15,490 nucleotides of DNA from Bdellovibrionota bacterium FG-1. GTDB lineage: Bacteria; Bdellovibrionota; UBA1018. The stretch is from contig JBBCAW010000061.1 in assembly GCA_051382295.1 (NCBI GenBank), positions 1-15,490 of the forward strand, in the 5' to 3' direction. Positions 7,066 through 14,545 of the stretch are shown here, piece after piece (within the stretch, counting starts at the first letter, position 1; the number at the start of each line of letters is the position of its first letter). A program made the position numbers and the translations under genes. A model generated the notes under the pieces. It did no database searches and was not told the origin of the DNA. It saw only the letters and a program-made list of their open reading frames with translations.

Positions 7066-7094
7066 ATATTACCCGGGCATTAATAAAAAATCAA
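7066..7094 (-). promoter_or_regulatory. Sigma70-type promoter of DUF2239 gene with CCCGGG-centred imperfect palindrome
   Basis: Minus strand: TTGATT, 17 nt spacer, TAATAT, then 5 nt to TTG or 8 nt to ATG; no SD. Confidence 0.6.
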
Positions 7095-7195
7095 GAACGT
7101 GCTTAACTCTGAATGACGCACTGAGTTATATAGCCACAAAATCTAGATGATCGTTCACCGGTTTTGAAATCATTTTGGAAAATAAAGGAAAATTT

Positions 7196-7906
7196 ATGCG
7201 TACTCGTCGGTCTTTTGTAAGTTTGGCACACTCCGCTGCGCTGCTTTGTGGAACAATGATTGAGACCGGATGTAACGCTCAGCCGGATGAGACTCGTGAC
7301 GAATTTTCAGTCGCCATTCGCTTGGTCGACTCAAGAACTCCAGCTCGTTATCAGGTTCAAATCTCAGAAATCGACCTAAAACTCCTTAGTTCGAAGGGCA
7401 CGGTCATGCCGGCTGAAGTCGCGCAGACCTATGATGCGGGCGCGTGGAATGCAAATATGTACCAAACCATCACCGTGAATCCGACTGCAAATGACCTTGC
7501 AGTAGGTGGGAATGAAGTCTATTTTTTCTTGCTTAATTCTCTCACCTTTCAAAACGTGAACCACAACATCGTCTGGGACCATCCTGACCTGGTTGACCAA
7601 AGATACAATCAAATACCTACGGAAAGCGCCCAGTTAGTGAGATTGACGTATACTCAAGGGTCGGCCTATTCCGTTTCAAACTTGGCGATCGATGCAAGTC
7701 AAATCGTTGTCAATACGGTTTCGGGCAACCCCAAGGATATCACCACCATCTACGATAATCCTCTCAATCAATATGACTCGACCTGCAATCCCGATCATAC
7801 AGTCGATCCAAACTGCAATGTCGTTTTGGATTCATACAATATTGGAACCAACGTTCAATATCTTCTGACCATTGACCTGGCGACTGCACAGCCATTAATT
7901 CCGTAA
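7196..7906 (+). CDS. Hypothetical exported protein, possible lipoprotein
   Basis: AAAGGA SD before ATG 7196; basic N-terminus, moderately hydrophobic stretch, then TG-C; mature part is N/D/T/V/Y-rich with a C-x9-C pair. Confidence 0.6.
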   Translation: MRTRRSFVSLAHSAALLCGTMIETGCNAQPDETRDEFSVAIRLVDSRTPARYQVQISEIDLKLLSSKGTVMPAEVAQTYDAGAWNANMYQTITVNPTANDLAVGGNEVYFFLLNSLTFQNVNHNIVWDHPDLVDQRYNQIPTESAQLVRLTYTQGSAYSVSNLAIDASQIVVNTVSGNPKDITTIYDNPLNQYDSTCNPDHTVDPNCNVVLDSYNIGTNVQYLLTIDLATAQPLIP

Positions 7907-7936
7907 GCCTCGCTTACATGCTAATTGACGCAGTCC

Positions 7937-9064
7937 TTAGCCCAAAGGTGCGGAGCACCTTTGGGCTAACTCCCCCAGGTTTCCCAGCTCGTCCCCACTC
8001 GGCAATAACATCGGTAAGGCCAGGGCGAAGCCCTTCGGGCCGGCACGTTTGGTGAGGTCATCGAGTAACTCATGATCACGGAGAAATAATGCTTTTTCGG
8101 ACTCTCCCAGCGCGGCGAGTTTGGCGATGGCGCTGCGGACAACGGGGCTGAGGTCGGCCTCGCGCCCTGGAGCCAGATCCGCTGGGGTAGGGAGGACCCG
8201 CGCACCATGAAGAGCATGACTGCGGTTGAGAATAAACCCTCGGAAGGGCAGATTGAGTTCCGTCGTTTTGCGCTGAAAAAAAAGCGCTTCTTCGAGCGCG
8301 GCTGGCGCAGGAGAAGTGATCAGCAAAAAAGCCACTTCGGGGCGACTCAGAAACTCACGCATGCCTGTCACATCGCGTGTGAGCGTATGAAGGACTCCCG
8401 CGAATACGCTGAAAAAAACCGTGAGATCGCTCGCAAATTGTTCGCCCAACACGCTGTGAAAAACGCGATTGATCAAGCCACCCGCTGCCCGGCGCAGGCC
8501 ACCGATGGACGAACCTTCGTCGGGCATGAACATCTTGAAAACCCGGCCTTCGAGAAAACGGGAAAGACGGCCCGGCGCTTCGAGAAAATCCAGCGCGTGC
8601 CGCGAGGGGGGCGTGTCGAGCACGACGAGTTCATACCGGCCTTCTTGCACAAAACGATGCAGCGCCTGCATGGCCGTATATTCGTGCATACCCGCCACCA
8701 TCGTCGTGATGTGTTGATAGATGCTATTTTGGAGCAAAAGCTCTCTTTCCTGCGGATTTTGCACAATCCTTCGAACGGCCTCGTCAGCGATGAGCTTGGG
8801 ATCGAGCATCCAGGCATCGAGCGTTCCTGATCCTTTGACCCCGGCGGCTTCAAGACGACTTTGAGCTAAGCGCACCGGTTCGCTTAGATTAGGAGAAACA
8901 CCTAGCGCTTCAGCGAGACGCCTCGAGGGGTCGATCGTCAGCACCAAAACTTTACGTCCGAGACGTGCCCCCGCCAGCGCGATCGCGCCTGCCGCTGTCG
9001 TTTTTCCCACGCCACCCGCACCACAACAAACAATAATCCGTGAATCCCGAATGAGCTCAATCAC
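7937..9064 (-). CDS. Single-domain ArsA/Get3-family ATPase, subunit 2 (Rv3680/BagB-like)
   Basis: CCGAGGVGKTT P-loop, LTIDPSRRLA switch I, LDTPPSRHALDFL; GTGA overlap with the upstream paralog. Confidence 0.88.
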   Translation of the reverse strand: MIELIRDSRIIVCCGAGGVGKTTAAGAIALAGARLGRKVLVLTIDPSRRLAEALGVSPNLSEPVRLAQSRLEAAGVKGSGTLDAWMLDPKLIADEAVRRIVQNPQERELLLQNSIYQHITTMVAGMHEYTAMQALHRFVQEGRYELVVLDTPPSRHALDFLEAPGRLSRFLEGRVFKMFMPDEGSSIGGLRRAAGGLINRVFHSVLGEQFASDLTVFFSVFAGVLHTLTRDVTGMREFLSRPEVAFLLITSPAPAALEEALFFQRKTTELNLPFRGFILNRSHALHGARVLPTPADLAPGREADLSPVVRSAIAKLAALGESEKALFLRDHELLDDLTKRAGPKGFALALPMLLPSGDELGNLGELAQRCSAPLG

Positions 9065-10035
9065 AACATGGCCCCGCTCACCCGCGAATGTCCTAGGAGG
9101 GAATCGGCCAGAAACGAAACCAGCGACTCACAACCCGTTGGGGCATCGGGCAGAAAAATCAAGGGCACCGAAATTTCGCGTTCCAGTCGTTTGGCCACGG
9201 CCTGCGCTTCTTCAAAGTACCGAAACGATTCTTCGCCCAGGATTTGAAGTCCGCGCCGTTGACCGTCGTCGAGAAGTTTTCGGAGCTCGCGGCGTTCTTC
9301 GGCGGTGAACGGGTCTTGGGGCACATGGTTGAGAATAACACCACCGATCGGCATGTTGGTTTCTCGTAAACCTTCGAGGAGTTCGATCGTTTCACTCACG
9401 GGCAGGGTTTCAGGCAGGGTGACCACGTAGGTCGCGCTCTGTTTGGGATCGTTCAGATACGACTGCCCTTCGCGAAGCGAGTCGGCGATCGGCCCGCGTG
9501 AAACCATTTTGATCAAAGTGCGCGGCAGCCCCGTGAGCGCCAGCGTGTGGCCCGTGGCCGGCATATCGACGACGATCAATTCGTTGGCCGGAGTGCCATC
9601 CCGATGTTTTTCGCGTAGAAAGGTGAGTAGGCAGTAGAAAATTCCGATTTCTCGCAAGGAGGGTGCCGCTTGAAAAAGTCTTCTTAAGGCGTCAGAATAG
9701 AGCGCGGCCTTTGCAATCGCGTTCATACGAAAAACCGACGCCAGAAAAAGTTCATGCCCTTTGAGGGGCAAAAGTAGACTGCCCCAAATGCCGGGCATGA
9801 TCTCAGCCTTTTCTTCGGGCAGGCGGTCGCGTCCGAATAAGCGCGCGAGCGGTGAATAATCATGGACGCGGTGTTCACCCTCGTGAGTCTCGCCGATCTC
9901 CGTGAGCAGGACGCGCTTGCCCGCGCGCGCGGCAGCCATCGCAATGGCAGCTGAAACGGAGCTACGCCCCACGCCACCTTTTCCGGTGATCAGCACAATG
10001 CGCTTTTGGATCAGGCTTTCAAACTGCTCAACCAT
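9061..10035 (-). CDS. Single-domain ArsA/Get3-family ATPase, subunit 1 (Rv3679/BagA-like)
   Basis: ITGKGGVGRSS P-loop, VVDMPATGH signature, VTLPETLPVSET. Confidence 0.88.
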   Translation of the reverse strand: MVEQFESLIQKRIVLITGKGGVGRSSVSAAIAMAAARAGKRVLLTEIGETHEGEHRVHDYSPLARLFGRDRLPEEKAEIMPGIWGSLLLPLKGHELFLASVFRMNAIAKAALYSDALRRLFQAAPSLREIGIFYCLLTFLREKHRDGTPANELIVVDMPATGHTLALTGLPRTLIKMVSRGPIADSLREGQSYLNDPKQSATYVVTLPETLPVSETIELLEGLRETNMPIGGVILNHVPQDPFTAEERRELRKLLDDGQRRGLQILGEESFRYFEEAQAVAKRLEREISVPLIFLPDAPTGCESLVSFLADSLLGHSRVSGAML

Positions 10036-10074
10036 AGCTCAAGGCAGTATCTCAATGGCGTCCCGAGTTCTAGC

Positions 10075-11433
10075 CTAAATTCCTTCTTCTGCCCCTAGAT
10101 AGGTCAGGATCGCTAGCGCCGCGGCGCCCGCGTTCAAATCGCCCGGGTCTACCGCGCTGAGCTGGTCGAGTTCTGAGTGGTGCACGTCAAAATAATGCGT
10201 GGATTCGGGCACTAGGCCCACACCGATGGCGCCTTGCTCGACGAGGGGCTCGACGTCGGTGCCGCTCGGACCTTCGGCCATCCAGTCTGCTTGCAGAAAG
10301 CCCAGATAGGGCGCCCACTGCCGGAGACGCGGGAGTCCCAAACCGGAATTGTCTTGAATCGAAAAGCCGATGGGCTTGAAGCCACCCCGATCAGCTTCGA
10401 TGGCCATAATGTGGTGTTCGTTTAAAAGTCGAGCCTGAAGGGCATATTCATCAGCCCCAATGCCCCCTTGCTCCTCGCACATGAATAGCACGGCACGCAC
10501 GGTTCTCTTGGGTTGCAGACCCAGTGCGCGGAGGGTGCGCAGGACTTCGATTGTTTGGACTACCCCGGCACCATCGTCATGCGCGCCTGGCGAGAGATCC
10601 CAGCTGTCTAGATGTCCGCCCACGGCGACAATCTCGCTCGGGAACTCGCTGCCTCGGAGTTCGCCTAGGACGTTGTAGGAAATCGTGTCCGGATTTCGAT
10701 GCGCGCTCAGAGTGAGGTGGACGCGGACCGCTCCATGGCCAGAATGGATCCGGGCCGAAAGAACGTTGGCATCATGCGTACTGACCGCCGCTGCTGGAAT
10801 CGGTTTGGAGCCCTCGTGAAAGATCGTGATCCCTGTGTGAGGATGGGCGTCATCTGCGCGGTTGGTCATTGAGCGGACCAAAGTGGCGATCGCGCCATAA
10901 TGCGCCGCGAGCGCCGGGCCTGAGGTGCGCTGATCGACCGCGCGCCCGTAGGCTTCGAACGGATTTTGAAGCGTTGGGTCCATCGGGCGATTGAAGAAAA
11001 CGATTTTACCCCGCACGCGGTTCCCGAGTTTATTGACTTCATCGAGGCTTTGGACTTCGAGGACCTCAGCGGTCATCCCCTCAGAAGAGGTACCTGCGCT
11101 GTCTCCGAGCGCGGTAACCCGCATGGAAACCGGTCCCTCAGCGCCACCCACAATCTCGGCGCTCTCATGGTCGCCACGACTCCAGGCCGGGACTTTGACG
11201 GGTTGCACGAAAACCCGGTCTAGGCCATAAGACGAAAGCTTGGCGTTGGCCCAATCGACCGCGTTTGCCGCGCCTTGAGATCCGCAAAGCCGATGGCCGC
11301 CTGACGTCAGTTCTTGTAAGTTGCTGAACGCCTGGCCCCGAGCAAAGACCTCCTCAGCGATGCGCTGGGGGGCATCTTCGTTGGCAAAGGCGGCAATGGC
11401 GGCGAAGGTCAGTGAAAGAAATAGAGTTGGCAT
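10075..11433 (-). CDS. Secreted M28-family metallopeptidase (carboxypeptidase Q-like) with PA domain
   Basis: Signal peptide; GGHLDSWD, GAHDDGAG, FMCEEQG, EAD and HHSELD zinc-ligand motifs; PA insert (VRGKIVFF). Confidence 0.9.
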   Translation of the reverse strand: MPTLFLSLTFAAIAAFANEDAPQRIAEEVFARGQAFSNLQELTSGGHRLCGSQGAANAVDWANAKLSSYGLDRVFVQPVKVPAWSRGDHESAEIVGGAEGPVSMRVTALGDSAGTSSEGMTAEVLEVQSLDEVNKLGNRVRGKIVFFNRPMDPTLQNPFEAYGRAVDQRTSGPALAAHYGAIATLVRSMTNRADDAHPHTGITIFHEGSKPIPAAAVSTHDANVLSARIHSGHGAVRVHLTLSAHRNPDTISYNVLGELRGSEFPSEIVAVGGHLDSWDLSPGAHDDGAGVVQTIEVLRTLRALGLQPKRTVRAVLFMCEEQGGIGADEYALQARLLNEHHIMAIEADRGGFKPIGFSIQDNSGLGLPRLRQWAPYLGFLQADWMAEGPSGTDVEPLVEQGAIGVGLVPESTHYFDVHHSELDQLSAVDPGDLNAGAAALAILTYLGAEEGI

Positions 11434-11458
11434 TGCTCAATCCCTACTTCAAAAGGGG

Positions 11459-11479
11459 CACAGGAGTCCAGCTCCTGTG
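11459..11479. promoter_or_regulatory. Inverted repeat in the divergent intergenic region
   Basis: CACAGGAG-tccag-CTCCTGTG within the 64-nt gap between the divergent peptidase and ABC ATPase genes. Confidence 0.4.
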
Positions 11480-11497
11480 TTAGGCTGGGGAGCAAAT

Positions 11498-12346
11498 ATG
11501 GAAAGTATAAAACTAACACCATCTGCAACGTTTATTGCACCGCTCCAGATCCGCTCCCTGCGAAAGCAATATGGACGAAACGCGAAGAGTCCGGTTGAGG
11601 CGGTGTGCGGAATTAGCTTCAGTGTGCAGGCTGGGGAATGCTTTGGTCTGCTCGGGCCGAATGGAGCGGGAAAATCGACCACCATCAATTGCATTACGGG
11701 TTTTTATCCTCCAAGTTCGGGTGAGGTGTTGATCGAGGGCATGAATGTTCATCAGGACCCTAAATGTGCTCGGCAAATTTTAGGGGTATGTTCCCAAGAC
11801 GACACCTTGGATACCGATTTTAATGTTTTGGATCAAATGGTGCGGCATGCGACTTTTTACCGTATTCCGATGGCTGAAGGTAGGCGTAGAGCCATCGCGT
11901 TGCTGCAGCGATTTGGTCTTGAAGATCGGTCTGGAGATCCCGTCGAGACGCTCTCGGGAGGGCTGCGGCGTCGTCTTCAAGTCGCGCGCTCGTTGATTTC
12001 CGAGCCCCGCGTGCTCGTTCTTGATGAGCCCACCACGGGCCTTGATCCTGATGCGCGGCGCACGCTTTGGGAAATCTTAGGTCAATGTCGTGAGAAGGGA
12101 TTGGCGATTTTACTTTCGACTCATTACATGGATGAGGCTGAGCGTCTTTGCGATCGGATCGCCATTTTGCATCATGGAAAAATTTTGGACGTGGGCTCGC
12201 CGCAGGAGCTGATTGCCAGGCACATTGGAACAGCGCAGGTTGAAGAAGAGGTGAGACCGGGGGTGATTTGGAAACGACCCCCTAACCTCGAAGATGTGTT
12301 TTTGAAACTCAGCGGCACCCATCTGAAGGAAGGAGTGGCGGAATGA
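11498..12346 (+). CDS. ABC-2 exporter ATP-binding subunit (NodI-like)
   Basis: GPNGAGKST, LSGGLRRR, VLDEPTTGLDP, STHYMDEAERLCDR; start at ATG 11498 after a GGGGAG SD. Confidence 0.93.
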   Translation: MESIKLTPSATFIAPLQIRSLRKQYGRNAKSPVEAVCGISFSVQAGECFGLLGPNGAGKSTTINCITGFYPPSSGEVLIEGMNVHQDPKCARQILGVCSQDDTLDTDFNVLDQMVRHATFYRIPMAEGRRRAIALLQRFGLEDRSGDPVETLSGGLRRRLQVARSLISEPRVLVLDEPTTGLDPDARRTLWEILGQCREKGLAILLSTHYMDEAERLCDRIAILHHGKILDVGSPQELIARHIGTAQVEEEVRPGVIWKRPPNLEDVFLKLSGTHLKEGVAE

Positions 12347-13131
12347 TGATGACCACTCGATTCTCTGAGTCGGCCTGGGCGATCCGCTGCGTCTGGCTGC
12401 GATATTTTGACGTGTTTCGAAAAGGCTTGGCTTATGGCTTGATCACGACGTTTGTCGAACCGATTCTCTATTTGCTTTCGTTTGGATTCGGGATGGGAAG
12501 TCTGGTCGGTAAACTGCATCTCCATGGTCTTGAGCTCAGCTATCGCCAGTTTATCCTTGCTGGCATCGTGGCGCAGACGGTGCTCTTCCAGAGTTTTTTT
12601 GAAGCGGCTTACGGTGGCTTTGTGCGCATGTATTATCAGAAAGTTTTTCAGGCGATCGCCACGACGCCTATTACGCTGTCGGAAGTTCTTTGGGGGGAGC
12701 TGCTTTGGGATGCATCGAAGTCGACCTTCGCCGCTTCGGTGGTGCTCTTTCTTGGCTGTATGATCGGCGACTTTAAGTCCCAGGGCGCGGTGCTGGCGCT
12801 GCCTATTTGCTTTGTATGCAGTTTGCTTTTTTCAGCCCTCGGGCTTTGGGTTGCAGCGGCCTCACGAACCATCGATCAAATTTCTTACCCGCAATATCTT
12901 TTTGTGTTCCCGATGTTTCTGTTTTGCGGCGTTTTCTTTCCCATCGAAAACCTCCCTTCGGTGGTGCAAGGGGTGGCCTGGATTCTTCCGCTCACCTCGG
13001 TGAGTTCACTGGTCCGTTGTCTGACCCTCGGGTTTCCCTTTCAGTGGTGGTCATTGCCGATTTTGTTGGCTTGGTTAGTCTTTCTGGTGCCTTCGGCGCG
13101 GCGGGCAATGACCCGGCGGTTGGTGAAATAG
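12343..13131 (+). CDS. ABC-2 type permease (NodJ-like)
   Basis: Six TM segments, EPILYLLSFGFGMG, PMFLFCGVFFPIENLP; ATGA overlap with the ATPase. Confidence 0.9.
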   Translation: MMMTTRFSESAWAIRCVWLRYFDVFRKGLAYGLITTFVEPILYLLSFGFGMGSLVGKLHLHGLELSYRQFILAGIVAQTVLFQSFFEAAYGGFVRMYYQKVFQAIATTPITLSEVLWGELLWDASKSTFAASVVLFLGCMIGDFKSQGAVLALPICFVCSLLFSALGLWVAAASRTIDQISYPQYLFVFPMFLFCGVFFPIENLPSVVQGVAWILPLTSVSSLVRCLTLGFPFQWWSLPILLAWLVFLVPSARRAMTRRLVK

Positions 13132-13239
13132 CCTGGCAACTTGTGGTGGCACTGACCGAAATTAAAACGCTCCTGCGGCCACATTCGAGTCCTTCGACTT
13201 GTCTTTTGGCGAGGATTGACCCCGTAGCGGCAATGAGTT

Positions 13240-13372
13240 GCCTCAACTGCCGGCCCGCGGCAGCAAACCGGATTGAGAGGGCGGTGAACACGTTTTTCTG
13301 CCGCCTGGCGGCAGTAGATGCGGTTCAGTGGGGGGTCAGCGGCCTCAACTGCCTGTCTGCGGCAGTAAATCC
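13240..13372. repeat. Degenerate 51-bp-period tandem repeat, each unit carrying CTGCC-N7-GGCAG
   Basis: CTGCC starts at 13247, 13298 and 13349 (exact 51 nt spacing); units 1 and 3 share GCCTCAACTGCC...GCGGCAGyAAA. Confidence 0.75.
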
Positions 13373-13756
13373 CACTGGCTCGAAGAAAATGCCCGACAAC
13401 GTTATTGTTCCACATTGTTTACCTCTTTGCCGGGATCCCTTTGTTCTACTGAGTCAGCATTGCTTAAGGTCGCAATCGAAAATGCGACCGGCACTCCCAT
13501 CGAATCGATCGATGCCTTCGTGGAAGCGGAGGAAGATATGGATTTTTTCTGTCAATATTATAATACCGAATGGCTCAACGATGCAAAGAGACAGGTTCTC
13601 AAAACCGCGATAGCGAACTCCAACGAAGAAAGCGTCGCGGCTTTCAAGACAAAGACCTGCTCGAAGGAGAAAACGGCCACGGGTGATAGCTGGCGTGGAT
13701 ATGGCTGGCAGTGGTGGTGTGGATTCTTTCTAGAGTTGGGATCTGATAAGAAATAG
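13328..13756 (+). CDS. Hypothetical protein, probably a C-terminal remnant
   Basis: Open frame with protein-like composition after the repeat; no clear SD or start, and two in-frame TGA upstream. Confidence 0.35.
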   Translation: MGGQRPQLPVCGSKSHWLEENARQRYCSTLFTSLPGSLCSTESALLKVAIENATGTPIESIDAFVEAEEDMDFFCQYYNTEWLNDAKRQVLKTAIANSNEESVAAFKTKTCSKEKTATGDSWRGYGWQWWCGFFLELGSDKK

Positions 13757-13871
13757 AAAATACAGATTGTGATGTCGGCAAGTGTGATGGCCCTAGTGCT
13801 AATGCGCGGATTTGCAGAGTCCATGAACGGCCGTTCAAAATAGGGTTCTGATTTCTAAGACAGTCCTTTTA

Positions 13872-13930
13872 TTTTAAGCACTTAAAACTTCTCTACTTGT
13901 ACAAGTAACCGTACTATATTTAGTACGGTT
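13872..13930 (+). promoter_or_regulatory. Phd/YefM-type operator region
   Basis: Palindromes TTTTAAG-ca-CTTAAAA, TACTTGTACAAGTA and AACCGTACTA-tatt-TAGTACGGTT; GTAC cores at 13899, 13911 and 13923 (12-bp spacing). Confidence 0.7.
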
Positions 13931-13951
13931 CGTTTTTACGGAGGAAAGCAA

Positions 13952-14269
13952 ATGTTTACAGCCACCGTGGTCGCATCGAAACTCAGGGAGCAGATGGCCC
14001 ACTTCTTCGACATGGTTCGAGGTGACAACGCCGTCCAAATCCTTCATCGAGGAGGAAAAATCAAGGTCTTGATAACCCAGGGGCACTATCTCAATTTGCT
14101 GTCTCGGCTGGCGCTCTATGAAAAGTCGCCTAACGCAAAAAGAGTTCCAGCGAAATCTTCACGGGCGATCGAAAATGCGATACGAGCAAAGCTCAATGAT
14201 CACGAACAGGAAGAAGAACTCCGGGATGATACAAGTCGAATGGGATCAAAACGCGCAAGACAGGCATGA
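13952..14269 (+). CDS. Phd/YefM family antitoxin
   Basis: TVVASKLREQMAHFFDMVRGDNAVQILHRGGKIKVLITQGHY matches the Phd fold pattern; GGAGG SD. Confidence 0.75.
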   Translation: MFTATVVASKLREQMAHFFDMVRGDNAVQILHRGGKIKVLITQGHYLNLLSRLALYEKSPNAKRVPAKSSRAIENAIRAKLNDHEQEEELRDDTSRMGSKRARQA

Positions 14270-14479
14270 GGCATGGGCGCTTGAGATTGCTTTCGCTTTT
14301 GGGATGGCCTCGGCAAGTGTCTATCTTCTCGATATTGAACTGACCCAAACCCGGATTACGGAGTTCCCATTGAGTGGATCTACCTTCGCTACAGTGTGTT
14401 CTACGAACTAGACTCCGCAGACCAGCCAAAAACTGCGGTCATCATTTCAATCATCCGAGGTCAGGAGCGTCGGCCCTGA
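14226..14479 (+). pseudogene. Frameshifted ParE/RelE toxin
   Basis: First frame MIQVEWDQNAQD...ITEFPLSGS; a second frame from 14390 reads YSVFYELDSADQPKTAVIISIIRGQERRP* (TGA 14477-14479). Confidence 0.7.
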
Positions 14480-14545
14480 TCATCACGCAACAGTGAATTT
14501 TCTTAAGACTAATTTCGCATTGGCTTGGCAAGTTGAGAACCTTCT

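Noticed and set aside
8207..8830. 207-aa + strand ORF and other antisense ORFs in the core
   Set aside because: Shadow frames of GC-rich genes that have clear motifs on the opposite strand.
7937..10035. Arsenic resistance operon
   Set aside because: No arsB/acr3/arsC/arsD/arsR; the single-domain pair matches the Get3-like subfamily.
11321..11497. N-terminal extension of the ABC ATPase
   Set aside because: It overlaps the divergent peptidase start; ATG 11498 has a good SD.
11498..13131. Nodulation function (nodIJ)
   Set aside because: NodIJ-like exporters are widespread and no nodABC is present, so no gene symbol was assigned.
13240..13372. CRISPR array or integron attC cassettes
   Set aside because: Repeats are too short and degenerate, linkers are mutually similar, and there is no cas, intI or RYYYAAC/GTTRRRY box.
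12807..13613. 268-aa ORF
   Set aside because: It overlaps the permease out of frame and runs through the repeat without recognisable motifs.
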